Origin: Acutalibacteraceae bacterium
Lineage (GTDB): Bacteria; Bacillota; Clostridia; Oscillospirales; Acutalibacteraceae
Direction of reading: 5' to 3'
Assembly: GCA_036311065.1 (NCBI GenBank)
Contig: JAXJQQ010000061.1
Span: 711-64,710, forward strand
DNA: 64,000 nucleotides
Of the stretch, positions 26,286-35,971 are shown piece by piece. Both the position numbers and the translations under genes were made by a program. Under the pieces are notes generated by a model. It ran no database searches. It saw only the letters and a list, made by a program, of their open reading frames with translations, and had not been told where the DNA came from. Each line of letters begins with the position of its first letter. Positions within the stretch are counted from its first letter, which is position 1.

Positions 26286-26410
26286 CCATATATATACAGC
26301 ATAATTTTTACTTTTAAAGTATATCACAAAAAACAGGTCAATGTCAATGAAAAAAGCACCTTAAAAACCTTTTTGTTAATACGGACAAAATTGTTATTTT
26401 ACTGCTGATT

Positions 26411-27226
26411 TCAGTTGTATGTTTTGTCATTTTCTTCAGGTTTGTTAACATTTGCATTGCTTTCGGAAAGCTTCATAGCACTGAGAGGATCAGTGCATTT
26501 ACCGTTCTGAATCACCTCAAAATGCAGGTGACTTTCCTGTTTGCTTTCACAGGGAACTATGCCTAAGCTGCCCACTGTATCGCCTTTTTCAATTTCAGCA
26601 TCCACGGTTACGGTTGTGCCCTGCTCAAGACCGCAGTACCGTGCGGTAAAATCTCCGTGGTCAATTTCTATAATGTAGCCTAAGGAAGGGTCGGAAATCA
26701 CCTTTGCAACTCTGCCCTTTCCTACGGATTTTACCTCGGTGCCCTCTTCAGCGGCAAAGTCAATACCCTTATGAACACGCCAGTCACTCATAGTTTCATC
26801 AAATACGGGAACAGACGGGGAATAACCCTTCTGTATATCACTTGTAAGAGGGAGAATGTATGAGCTGTTGGAAATTACCGCCTTTGTAACCTCGACGGTG
26901 GTGTGCTCTTTTGTATTGTCACGTCCTGACCATGCCATGGAGGTTTCTTGCTCCTCGGTAGTTGGTGCTTTTGTTGTGGAAGTCACTTTTCCGGTAGGGG
27001 ATTCGGAAGACTCTTTTTCTTTTTTTACTGTAATATTTTCAGAATGAGCCGTTGTCACAGGTGCGGAGATTGTGGGGGACGTTGTAAAAATATCCCTTAT
27101 CATATTGGTTGATGTTCTGTACACAAGAGCAATTGCAAAAATTACAAGACAAAAGCTGACGGCGGCAGTGATGTAAAAGCCTTTACCCGAGCCCAGACTG
27201 ATTTTTGTTTTCTTTTTATTATCCAT
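26411..27226 (-). CDS. M23 family metallopeptidase with N-terminal membrane anchor
   Basis: ORF 26411..27235. ATG at 27226 follows an AAAGGTGG SD. One TM helix (FYITAAVSFCLVIFAIALVY), then M23 motifs HKGIDF and HLHFEV. Confidence 0.85.
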   Translation of the reverse strand: MDNKKKTKISLGSGKGFYITAAVSFCLVIFAIALVYRTSTNMIRDIFTTSPTISAPVTTAHSENITVKKEKESSESPTGKVTSTTKAPTTEEQETSMAWSGRDNTKEHTTVEVTKAVISNSSYILPLTSDIQKGYSPSVPVFDETMSDWRVHKGIDFAAEEGTEVKSVGKGRVAKVISDPSLGYIIEIDHGDFTARYCGLEQGTTVTVDAEIEKGDTVGSLGIVPCESKQESHLHFEVIQNGKCTDPLSAMKLSESNANVNKPEENDKTYN

Positions 27227-27318
27227 ATTTACCACCTTTTTTCGGAATGATGTTCAGCTTAATTCTTGGCAGAAAAAAGGCGTATAAAACAACGGTTGAA
27301 AATTTTTTCAAAAAAAAT

Positions 27319-27332
27319 AGAACAAATGTTTG
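27319..27332 (+). promoter_or_regulatory. LexA (Cheo/SOS) box 1
   Basis: AGAACAAATGTTTG fits the Firmicute consensus CGAACRNRYGTTYC. It lies just upstream of a TATAAT at 27353-27358. Confidence 0.7.
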
Positions 27333-27370
27333 CAATTTCTGTTTTTGTGTGTTATAATAATTTTTGCAAA

Positions 27371-27384
27371 CGAACATTTATTCG
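27371..27384 (+). promoter_or_regulatory. LexA (Cheo/SOS) box 2
   Basis: CGAACATTTATTCG, located between the -10 and the lexA SD. Confidence 0.7.
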
Positions 27385-27425
27385 AATGAGAACTGCTTAA
27401 AATTGTTTAAAGGAGCTGAAAAAAT

Positions 27426-28019
27426 ATGCGTGAACTCAGCGAAAATCAATACAGAATTCTTGAATATCTCAAGGAGCGTGCAGCCTACGGTGCAGTTCCG
27501 TCAGTCAGGGAAATCTGTCAGGCTGTAGGCCTTCGTTCAACCTCATCGGTTCAGAATAATCTTGATGTCCTTGAGGAAAAGGGCTACATAGAGCGTGACC
27601 CTATGCTCAAGCGTTCAATCCGTATTGTAGGTCAGGCAGAAAATGTCCGTCATGTTCCTCTTCTGGGTGTTGTAACTGCAGGTCTTCCCATTCTTGCTGT
27701 TGAAAATGTTGAAGCCTATCTGCCGTTTACTGGGGGACATATTTCTTCCGATAAGGATATGTTTGCACTTAAGGTAAGAGGCGAAAGTATGATTAATGCA
27801 GGTATTTATGACGGTGATATTCTTTTTGTTGAAAGAACACCCTCTGCCCGTAACGGTGAGATTGTTGTTGCACTTGTAGGTGATGAGGCCACGGTAAAAA
27901 CCTTTTATAAGGAAATGGGGCATTTCCGTCTTCAGCCTGAAAATGATGATTTTGAGCCAATCATTGTCGATGAGGTTGCAATTCTCGGCAAGGTTGTTGC
28001 AATGATGAGATATTTTTGA
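27426..28019 (+). CDS. lexA: LexA repressor
   Basis: Winged-helix N-domain (LKERAAYGAVPSVREI) and an S24 peptidase domain (VRGESM ... TVKTFY). Followed by a GC-hairpin terminator at 28021-28050. Confidence 0.95.
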   Translation: MRELSENQYRILEYLKERAAYGAVPSVREICQAVGLRSTSSVQNNLDVLEEKGYIERDPMLKRSIRIVGQAENVRHVPLLGVVTAGLPILAVENVEAYLPFTGGHISSDKDMFALKVRGESMINAGIYDGDILFVERTPSARNGEIVVALVGDEATVKTFYKEMGHFRLQPENDDFEPIIVDEVAILGKVVAMMRYF

Positions 28020-28417
28020 AAAAACGGCGACCGTCGGTCGCCGTTTTTTATGCCAAATATCCCGCAATAACAATTATTTTTACTTTAAAAAAGAAAATCC
28101 TTTCTGTTAACAATCTTATTCATCTTGTTAACTTCTACTGAAAATCAGATTCTACACGCTCTTGCCGCTGTGGCACTTCCTTTGTCCCGGGCGACAAAGG
28201 AAGCAAAACGCCCTATTGGGGTGCTACGGGTATACCACGAGCATACAACGGCATTAGTGTCCGCATACAACCCTTACGGGTTGTTCGTACGGGATAGAGA
28301 TTCACTTACTTAATTTGAAGAAAACAGTGTGTGTAAAAAATCAAACAATTTATTGATACAAAGATATATAAATAACAGTAAAAAACTGCAACCTCACAGA
28401 GATTGCAGTTTTTTATA

Positions 28418-30481
28418 TTATTCCATTTCAAATGTACCGGTATAAAGCTGATAATACTTTCCGCCTTTTTTTATAAGCTCGTCGTGATTGCCTTCTTCAA
28501 TTATCTCACCGTTTTCAAGAACAACAATGTCCTGTGAATTTCTTACGGTGGAAAGTCGGTGGGCAATTACAAAAACAGTTCTGTTTTCCATAAGCTTATC
28601 CATACCTATTTCAATAAGCCTTTCCGTTCTTGTATCAACGGAGGATGTAGCCTCGTCAAGAATAAGAAGGGGACTTTTGGAGATAGCGGCACGGGCAATG
28701 TTTATAAGCTGCGCCTGACCCTGAGAGATATTGGCGGCATCAGCTTTGATTTCAGTGTCATAGCCGTCGGGAAGCTTTTCAATAAAGGAGTGGGCGTTTG
28801 CAAGCTTTGCCGCTGCAATAATCTCTTCTTCCGTTGCATCAAGCTTACCGTAAAGAATGTTTTCTCTGATAGTGCCCTGGAAAAGCTTTGTATCCTGAAG
28901 CACCATTGCCATTGAACGGCGAAGGTCGTCTTTTTTTATATCCTTGATTGAAAGGCCGTCATAGGTGATTTCACCGCGGTCAATTTCATAAAAACGGTTG
29001 ATAAGGTTAGTGATGGTTGTTTTACCTGCACCTGTTGAGCCTACAAAAGCAACCTTCTGTCCGCTTTTTGCATTTACGGAAATGTTTTTAAGAACATCGG
29101 TGCCTTCAACATAAGCGAAGGTAATGTCCTTAACCTCAATATTACCCTTTACGGGAACATAATCGTTGCCGTTTTCTGTGGGTACCTTCCATGCATAGCT
29201 TCCGGATTCGTCGGTTGTTTCTTCTGTTTCACCAAGAGCGTTTTTCACAATGCGTACAAGGGTAGCCTTGCCCTCGTCGGTTTCTGAGGGTGTATCAAGA
29301 ATTTCAAAAACACGCTCTGCACCTGCAAGGGCAGATACAAGTGAGCTGTAGCAGGAAGCAAGGGAAGCAATGGGTGAAGCATAGCCCTGAGATTTTTCAA
29401 GGTAGGTCACGAGTGCACCGATAGACATCTTACCCTTGATAACAAGATAAGCACCGAGGAAAACAACAATGGTGTAATTGATTTTTGTTATCATTGACAT
29501 AAGGGGGCTCATAAATCCGCCGATGATGTTTGCCTTTACACCGATTTTGCGGTAATTATCATTAAGCTCACTGAACTGAGCCTTGGTTGTTTTCTCCTGA
29601 GAGAAAAGCTTAACAGCCTTAATGCCCTTTATATATTCTTCAATATATCCGTTACATTCACCAATAGCCTTCTGCTGCTTTTTGAAAAGGGGAGAGCACT
29701 TGCCTGTGATTACAATAACAACCACAAACATAAGCACAATAGCAACGGTTATTGTAAGGGTAAGGCGGGGTGAATAGTAAATCATAATACCGATTGTCAC
29801 AACCGCCTGAATAGTTGAAGAAATAAGGGTGGGGAAGTAGTTGCTTACAAGATCACTTACACGGCTGATATCGTTAGTGAAGCGGCTCATAATTTCACCG
29901 GTTTTTCTTTTATCAAAAAACTCAAGGGGAAGGGTCTGCAGATGATTGAAAAGATCACGGCGCATATTTGCAAGTGTTCTTGAAGAAACGTGAAGCATAA
30001 TTCTCTGATAAGCTACACTGCAAAGGGCAGAAACAGCATAAAAGACTGCCATTACAATAAGCCATTTTGTAATTTCCTTACCGGCAGCGTCAATACCGAT
30101 TTCTTTTATGTTGGTAAGAGTATCGATAATGGGAGCCATAAAAATTGAAGCGAATGCACCCACAGCTGAGGTGAGAATAACAAGAATTGCCGTAATAATA
30201 AGAAGAGCTTTGTATTTTGCAATATAACCCATAAGACGCTTTGTTGCTGTTTTTATATCCTTGGGTTTACTCTTCTTTTTCTTTTCTTCCTTGGCTTCTC
30301 TTTCTTTTCTTTCTTCTTCGGTTTCGTTTTCAGGAATTTTCTTTTCCTTATTTTTCCTTCCGAATTTTTTGTTCTTTTTGTTTTTTTTGTTTTCGGTAGC
30401 TTCTGTAACAGCTTCCTTAATTTCAGTTTCCTGAGTATTGAGAAGTTCTTCTTTTGTTTCATTGTTTACGGAGTTACTCAT
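28418..30481 (-). CDS. ABC exporter ATP-binding/permease subunit with K/E-rich N-terminal extension
   Basis: Six-TM exporter domain plus an NBD (GSTGAGKTT, LSQGQAQL, LILDEATS). The start overlaps the upstream partner's stop (ATGA). Confidence 0.9.
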   Translation of the reverse strand: MSNSVNNETKEELLNTQETEIKEAVTEATENKKNKKNKKFGRKNKEKKIPENETEEERKEREAKEEKKKKSKPKDIKTATKRLMGYIAKYKALLIITAILVILTSAVGAFASIFMAPIIDTLTNIKEIGIDAAGKEITKWLIVMAVFYAVSALCSVAYQRIMLHVSSRTLANMRRDLFNHLQTLPLEFFDKRKTGEIMSRFTNDISRVSDLVSNYFPTLISSTIQAVVTIGIMIYYSPRLTLTITVAIVLMFVVVIVITGKCSPLFKKQQKAIGECNGYIEEYIKGIKAVKLFSQEKTTKAQFSELNDNYRKIGVKANIIGGFMSPLMSMITKINYTIVVFLGAYLVIKGKMSIGALVTYLEKSQGYASPIASLASCYSSLVSALAGAERVFEILDTPSETDEGKATLVRIVKNALGETEETTDESGSYAWKVPTENGNDYVPVKGNIEVKDITFAYVEGTDVLKNISVNAKSGQKVAFVGSTGAGKTTITNLINRFYEIDRGEITYDGLSIKDIKKDDLRRSMAMVLQDTKLFQGTIRENILYGKLDATEEEIIAAAKLANAHSFIEKLPDGYDTEIKADAANISQGQAQLINIARAAISKSPLLILDEATSSVDTRTERLIEIGMDKLMENRTVFVIAHRLSTVRNSQDIVVLENGEIIEEGNHDELIKKGGKYYQLYTGTFEME

Positions 30482-32289
30482 TGTGCCAACACTCCTTCCT
30501 GCTGTGAAACAAAGATTTCCTTATATATTTCACTGCTGTTTACAAGCTCATCATGGGTGCCGACAGAGTCAATTCTGCCATTATCAATAACAACAATACG
30601 GTCAGCGTCCATAATGGAGGTAATACGCTGTGCGATGATGATTTTGGTAATGCCGCTGTACTTTTCTGACCTGAGAGCCATTCTTATTTTTGCATCCGTT
30701 GCCGTGTCAACTGCACTTGTTGAGTCATCAAGAATGATGATTTTAGGTTTTCTGATAAGTGCTCTTGCAATGCAGATACGCTGTCTCTGTCCGCCTGAAA
30801 CGGTGTTTCCGCCATGGCCGAGCTCAGTATCGTAGCCTTTTTCAAAGCCTTCAATAAATTCGTGTGCCTGTGCATCCTTTGCGGCGGCTATAATTTCATC
30901 CTCACTTGCATCGGGCTTGCCCCAGAGAAGGTTTTCCCTGATAGTGCCTGAGAAAAGGATGTTCTGCTGCAAAACAACGGAAACCTCTGAACGCAGATTG
31001 TCAAAGGTATACTTTTTAACATTTTCACCACCGACAAGAACTTCACCCTCTGTGGGGTCATAAAGGCGGGGTATAAGCTGAATAAGAGTGGATTTTGATG
31101 AACCTGTTGAGCCGATAATGCCTACGGTTTCACCTGTGTTTATTTTAAGGCTTACATCGTCAAGAATATTCTTAACTGCATCCTTGCTGTATTTGAAGCA
31201 AACGTTTCTGAATTCGATATCGCCGTTTTCAACCTTAAGCCCGGGATTGTTGCCCTTATCGGAAACAGTAGGCTCTTCTGCAAAAATTTCACCTATTCTG
31301 CCGATGGATGCTCTTGCCATAATCATACTTACAAAAACAAGAAGCACTGTCATAACAGAAGCGAGAACCTGAGTGATATAGCTGATAAAAGCGGAAAGAT
31401 CACCTATTGTAAGACCGGTTTCACCTTCTATGATAAGATTGCTGCCGCGCCAAAGGGAGACTACCATGCAGCCGTAAATAATAAGCATAATAGCGGGAGT
31501 TATGTAAAGAACGAGCTTTTGTGCACGGACATTCATTTCCATAACGGTTGTGTTTACTTTGTCAAATTTTTCTCTTTCGTGGTCCTCACGCACAAAGGAT
31601 TTAACAACTCTTATACCGTTGATATTACCTCTGAGTGTGCCGTTGAATTCGTCAGTTGCTTTAAGCATCTTTTTGAAAACGGGCACGGCAAGATAACCCA
31701 GAATCACAAGAACTGCAAGCATTGCAGGCAGTGCAAAAACAAAAACAGAGGAAAGCTGACGGCTTATTGAAAGGGATTCAATAAGTGCACTTACAAGAAG
31801 AATGGGACCCTTGATAAACTGTACAATTGTGTTTTTGTAAACATTCTGCACCTGGGAAACGTCTGTTGTCATTCTTGTTATAAGGGAAGAAATCTTGAGC
31901 CTGTCAATATTTTCAAAGGAAAGGTCCTGAGTTTTATTGAAAAGCTCACGCCTTAAGTTAGCACCGAAGCCCATGCTTGCGATTGATGAGCATCTTGCTG
32001 CTATGTAACCAACAACAAGAATAGCGGAGCACAGTGCAAGCATCTGAAAAAGCTTTGAAGAAAGCTCACCCCATATAAGCGACTGGTCATAGTTCGGGTC
32101 CTTGAGCTGCTGAATTATGTCAATAACATTACCCATAATGCGGGGGATTTTAAGCTCAGCCCACACATCAAGGTAAATCAGGAAGGGACAGATAAGCGTA
32201 AGAATCCTGTACCCCTTGGTAAAGCTCCAGAAGCGTTTAAGTGCTGCTCTGGTGTGCTCTTTTTTTACTTTTAAAGGATTTTTCTCCAA
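30478..32289 (-). CDS. ABC exporter ATP-binding/permease subunit (heterodimer partner)
   Basis: TTG start 32289 with an AAGGAGG SD. NBD motifs GSTGSSKST, VSGGQRQR, IILDDSTS. Confidence 0.88.
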   Translation of the reverse strand: MEKNPLKVKKEHTRAALKRFWSFTKGYRILTLICPFLIYLDVWAELKIPRIMGNVIDIIQQLKDPNYDQSLIWGELSSKLFQMLALCSAILVVGYIAARCSSIASMGFGANLRRELFNKTQDLSFENIDRLKISSLITRMTTDVSQVQNVYKNTIVQFIKGPILLVSALIESLSISRQLSSVFVFALPAMLAVLVILGYLAVPVFKKMLKATDEFNGTLRGNINGIRVVKSFVREDHEREKFDKVNTTVMEMNVRAQKLVLYITPAIMLIIYGCMVVSLWRGSNLIIEGETGLTIGDLSAFISYITQVLASVMTVLLVFVSMIMARASIGRIGEIFAEEPTVSDKGNNPGLKVENGDIEFRNVCFKYSKDAVKNILDDVSLKINTGETVGIIGSTGSSKSTLIQLIPRLYDPTEGEVLVGGENVKKYTFDNLRSEVSVVLQQNILFSGTIRENLLWGKPDASEDEIIAAAKDAQAHEFIEGFEKGYDTELGHGGNTVSGGQRQRICIARALIRKPKIIILDDSTSAVDTATDAKIRMALRSEKYSGITKIIIAQRITSIMDADRIVVIDNGRIDSVGTHDELVNSSEIYKEIFVSQQEGVLAQ

Positions 32290-32345
32290 AAAAAAGCCTC
32301 CTTTATTTTAAATTATATGGGCGGATATAATCCGCCCGAAATTTT

Positions 32346-33725
32346 TTACATTGGTATAAGAGCCTTTGTTAAGGCAAAATAAATCATAAGTGAAATTGTA
32401 TCCACCAGCGTTGTAATCAGCGGACCTGCCATAAGTGCAGGGTCAAGCTTTAAAAGCTTTGCCACAATGGGAAGGGTGCAACCGATTGTTTTTGAAACAA
32501 CAACAACTGCCGCAACGGAAAGGGAAACCACAAGAATAACGCTGTTTGTAACATCATCACCCGTCATAAGCCTTACAAGAAGCATTCTTGCAAAGTTTGC
32601 AACGGCAAGTGTGATGCCGACCATAAAGGAAACTCTGATTTCCTTCCACAGCACCTTGAAGTAGTCCTTGATTTTAACCTCGCCAAGGGCAAGACCACGG
32701 ATGATAAGGGTTGAAACCTGATTGCCGGAGTTACCGCCGGTACCCATAAGCATAGGTATGCAGGCAGTGAGGCCCGCAATTGTTGCAAGCTGATTTTCAA
32801 AGCCTTCAATAATCTGACCCGTAAAGGTGGAGGCTATCATAAGAACCAGAAGCCAGCCGATTCGGTTTTTTGCAAGGGAGAAGACGCCCGTTTTAAGGTA
32901 TTCATCCTCCGAAGGGGTAAGTGAAGCCATTTTTTCAAAGTCTTCCGTAGCCTCTTCATCAATAATATCAACGATATCGTCAATGGTGATGATACCTACA
33001 AGGCGGTCCTCCTTATCCGTTACGGGTACGGACAGAAGGTCGTATTTTTTGGCAACGGCGGCAACCTCTTCCTGGTCGTCCATGGTACGCACATAAATGA
33101 GCTGCTCGTCGTCACTCATAATATCTGTGATAAGGGTGTCCTCGTCGTTTAAAAGAAGACGGCGCAGAGGAATTGTACCCACAAGGTGACGCTTATCGTC
33201 AATAACATAGCAGGTGTAAATTGTCTCCTTGTCAACACCTGTTCTGCGGATACTTTTAATTGCTTCAGCAACGGTAAGGCGGTCGTGGAGCTCAACCATT
33301 TCAATGGTCATCACACTACCTGCCGAGTTTTCGGGATATTTAAGGAAACGGTTGATGATTTCTCTTGTTTCCTTATCCGTGTTTGCAAGAACACGGCGGA
33401 CGATGTTTGCCGGAACCTCTTCAAGGAAGTCAACGGCATCGTCAACATAAAGGTCATCCATAAGACGCTCAATTTCGCTGTCGGTTATGGATTGCACAAT
33501 AACAGTCTGGCTGTCTGTTTCAAGGTAGGAAAAAACGTCTGCGGAGATATCCTTGGGCAGAATCCGGAAAATTTTAACGGCTAATTTATCGTCGTCCATA
33601 TCCATAATGAATTCCGCAATGTCGGCATAAGCCATTTCGGAAAGCTCTTCGCGCAGCTCCTTGAGCTTGTTTTTGGCAAGAAGCCTGTAAAGGCCGCCAA
33701 ATTCATTTTCATTCATTTTGTTCAC
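32346..33725 (-). CDS. mgtE: magnesium transporter MgtE
   Basis: MgtE N-domain, tandem CBS region, and a C-terminal MgtE membrane domain (MGTGGNSGNQ). Confidence 0.93.
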   Translation of the reverse strand: MNKMNENEFGGLYRLLAKNKLKELREELSEMAYADIAEFIMDMDDDKLAVKIFRILPKDISADVFSYLETDSQTVIVQSITDSEIERLMDDLYVDDAVDFLEEVPANIVRRVLANTDKETREIINRFLKYPENSAGSVMTIEMVELHDRLTVAEAIKSIRRTGVDKETIYTCYVIDDKRHLVGTIPLRRLLLNDEDTLITDIMSDDEQLIYVRTMDDQEEVAAVAKKYDLLSVPVTDKEDRLVGIITIDDIVDIIDEEATEDFEKMASLTPSEDEYLKTGVFSLAKNRIGWLLVLMIASTFTGQIIEGFENQLATIAGLTACIPMLMGTGGNSGNQVSTLIIRGLALGEVKIKDYFKVLWKEIRVSFMVGITLAVANFARMLLVRLMTGDDVTNSVILVVSLSVAAVVVVSKTIGCTLPIVAKLLKLDPALMAGPLITTLVDTISLMIYFALTKALIPM

Positions 33726-33997
33726 CGACTTTCTTGATTTGCACTTTTATCAGTGCAGAGCCGTCAGTGATTTGGCAGGGTCTGCACTGTGTTTTGTTAA
33801 ATTGCACGCGTTAGGTTTACTATCGCCGTCCATTGTGCGACCCACCTCCTAAGTAATGTATTATACTAATCAACTTAAATGAATTCGGGTATTTTACCCG
33901 TATTTTATATTGTACATTTTTGATGTGATAAAGTCAACAGAAATAAAAAATATTTATGCATAAAAAACGGACACTCAACTGAATGTCCGTTTGTGTT

Positions 33998-35971
33998 TTA
34001 TTCAAGCTCAAAAGCACCCGTATAAAGCTGATAATACTTGCCCTTTTTGGCAATAAGGTCCTCGTGGGTGCCTCTTTCAATAATAACGCCCTTTTCAAGC
34101 ACCATTATAACATCGGAGTTCATAACCGTTGAAAGTCGGTGGGCAATAACAAAAACCGTTCTGCCCTTCATCAGTGCGTCCATACCCTTTTGCACAAGGG
34201 ATTCCGTTCTTGTGTCAATTGAAGATGTTGCCTCGTCAAGAATCATAACAGGCGGGTCAGCAACGGCGGCTCTTGCAATTGAAATAAGCTGACGCTGACC
34301 TTGTGAAAGGTTTGAGCCGTTAGATGTCAGCATTGTGTCATAACCCTGAGGAAGGCGGGAGATAAATGAATGGGCATTTGCTTTTTTTGCCGCTTCAACA
34401 ATCTGCTCGTCGGTGGCATCAAGGTTGCCGTAACGGATGTTCTCTTTTACCGTGCCGGTGAAAAGGTTGGTATCCTGAAGAACAATGCCGAGTGAACGGC
34501 GAAGGTCACTCTTTTTGATTTTATTGATATTAATGCCGTCATAACGGATTTTGCCGTCGGCAAGGTCGTAAAAGCGGTTAATAAGATTTGTTATTGTGGT
34601 TTTGCCTGCACCTGTTGCACCAACAAAGGCGACCTTCTGACCGGGCTCAGCATAGAGACTTATGTTGTGCAGTACAATTTTCTCCTCGTTGTAGCCGAAG
34701 TCAACATCGTAAAAGCGGACCTCACCCTGAAGCTTAGTGTAGGTTACGGTGCCGTCCTCGTGAGGATGCTTCCATGCCCAGAGTCCTGTGTGCTCAGGTG
34801 TTTCAGTGATATCACCTTTTTCGTTGTATTTAGCATTTACCAATGTAACATAGCCCTCATCCTTTTCGCTTTCGGTGTCAATTACCTCAAAGATACGCTT
34901 TGCACCTGCCATTGCCATAACAACGGAGTTGAGCTGCTGAGAAATCTGATTTACGGGCATAGTGAAGGATTTTGAATAGCCGAGGAAGGTTGCAACTGAG
35001 CCTGCCGTAAGGGCAAAGATGCTCATAAATCCTTTTTCGGGAAAAGCACCTTCTGCCGTAAATACTGCTAAAATACAGCCGATAACGGCAAGGATAATAT
35101 ACTGCAAATGGCTGAGGTTGTTATTGATGGGACCGAGCATATTGACAAATTTGTTTGCGGAATATGCATTAAGGAAAAGCTCCTCATTTTTAGTGTCAAA
35201 TTCACTTTTTGTTTTTTCCTCGTGACAGAAAACCTTTACAACCTTCTGGCCTGTTATCATTTCTTCAATAAAGCCGTTAACATCACCCATTGATTTCTGC
35301 TGCTTTATGAAAAATCTTCCGCTGTTGCCTGCAACCTTACCTGTTACGGTTATCATACCGAAAATGCATACCATAACAACAACGAGAAGGGGTATGCTTT
35401 CAACAAGCATGGCAATAAAGGTTGAAGCAATTGTTATAATTGAAGAAATTACCTGAGGCACCGTCTGAGAAATCATCTGACGGAGGGTATCAATATCGTT
35501 TGTGTAACGGCTCATAATATCACCGTGGCTGTTGGTGTCAAAATATTTGATGGGAAGAGTTTGCATATGTGCGAACATTTTGTCACGGATATTTTTAAGC
35601 ACCGCCTGAGAAACAACAACCATAATACGGTTATAGGCAAAGGTGGAAAGAATACCCATAAGGAAAATTGCCGCTATTTTCAAAAGCATAGCAATAAATC
35701 CTGAAAAATCCGTTGAACCGCTTTTAAGCATAGGCGTAACATAATCGTCTATTACCGTACCCACAAAGCTTGCGGAAAAAATACTTGCAAGGCTGGAAAG
35801 AAAAATGCACAGCACAACCACTGCCAAAAGGATTTTATGCTTTGTGCCCAGATAGGAGAAAATTCTTTTTATAACCTTGAAATCAAGCTTTTCGCCCTTC
35901 ATTCTCACGGGAGTTCCGCCGTGGCGATTCATAGGCATTTTAGGGGGCATTTTTGCCTGAGGATTACTCAT
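33998..35971 (-). CDS. ABC exporter ATP-binding/permease subunit (paralog of 28418..30481)
   Basis: ORF 33998..36043. Preferred start is ATG 35971 (MSNPQAK) with a GGAGG SD, overlapping the upstream partner's stop. The C-terminus GKYYQLYTGAFELE parallels GKYYQLYTGTFEME. Confidence 0.88.
   Translation of the reverse strand: MSNPQAKMPPKMPMNRHGGTPVRMKGEKLDFKVIKRIFSYLGTKHKILLAVVVLCIFLSSLASIFSASFVGTVIDDYVTPMLKSGSTDFSGFIAMLLKIAAIFLMGILSTFAYNRIMVVVSQAVLKNIRDKMFAHMQTLPIKYFDTNSHGDIMSRYTNDIDTLRQMISQTVPQVISSIITIASTFIAMLVESIPLLVVVMVCIFGMITVTGKVAGNSGRFFIKQQKSMGDVNGFIEEMITGQKVVKVFCHEEKTKSEFDTKNEELFLNAYSANKFVNMLGPINNNLSHLQYIILAVIGCILAVFTAEGAFPEKGFMSIFALTAGSVATFLGYSKSFTMPVNQISQQLNSVVMAMAGAKRIFEVIDTESEKDEGYVTLVNAKYNEKGDITETPEHTGLWAWKHPHEDGTVTYTKLQGEVRFYDVDFGYNEEKIVLHNISLYAEPGQKVAFVGATGAGKTTITNLINRFYDLADGKIRYDGININKIKKSDLRRSLGIVLQDTNLFTGTVKENIRYGNLDATDEQIVEAAKKANAHSFISRLPQGYDTMLTSNGSNLSQGQRQLISIARAAVADPPVMILDEATSSIDTRTESLVQKGMDALMKGRTVFVIAHRLSTVMNSDVIMVLEKGVIIERGTHEDLIAKKGKYYQLYTGAFELE

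Noticed and set aside
28261-28292. Hairpin resembling group II intron domain V
   Set aside because: It has only a shape resemblance and the GUACGG string. There is no AGC triad, no GNRA loop on the strand where the 2-nt bulge is correctly placed, no domains I-IV or VI, and no intron-encoded protein. It is kept only as a remark in the finding.
28125-28313. 62-aa ORF covering the GC-rich island
   Set aside because: It has a non-ATG (TTG) start, no SD, and an Arg/Leu/Thr-rich translation typical of GC-rich non-coding sequence. The strong helices fit RNA structure better.
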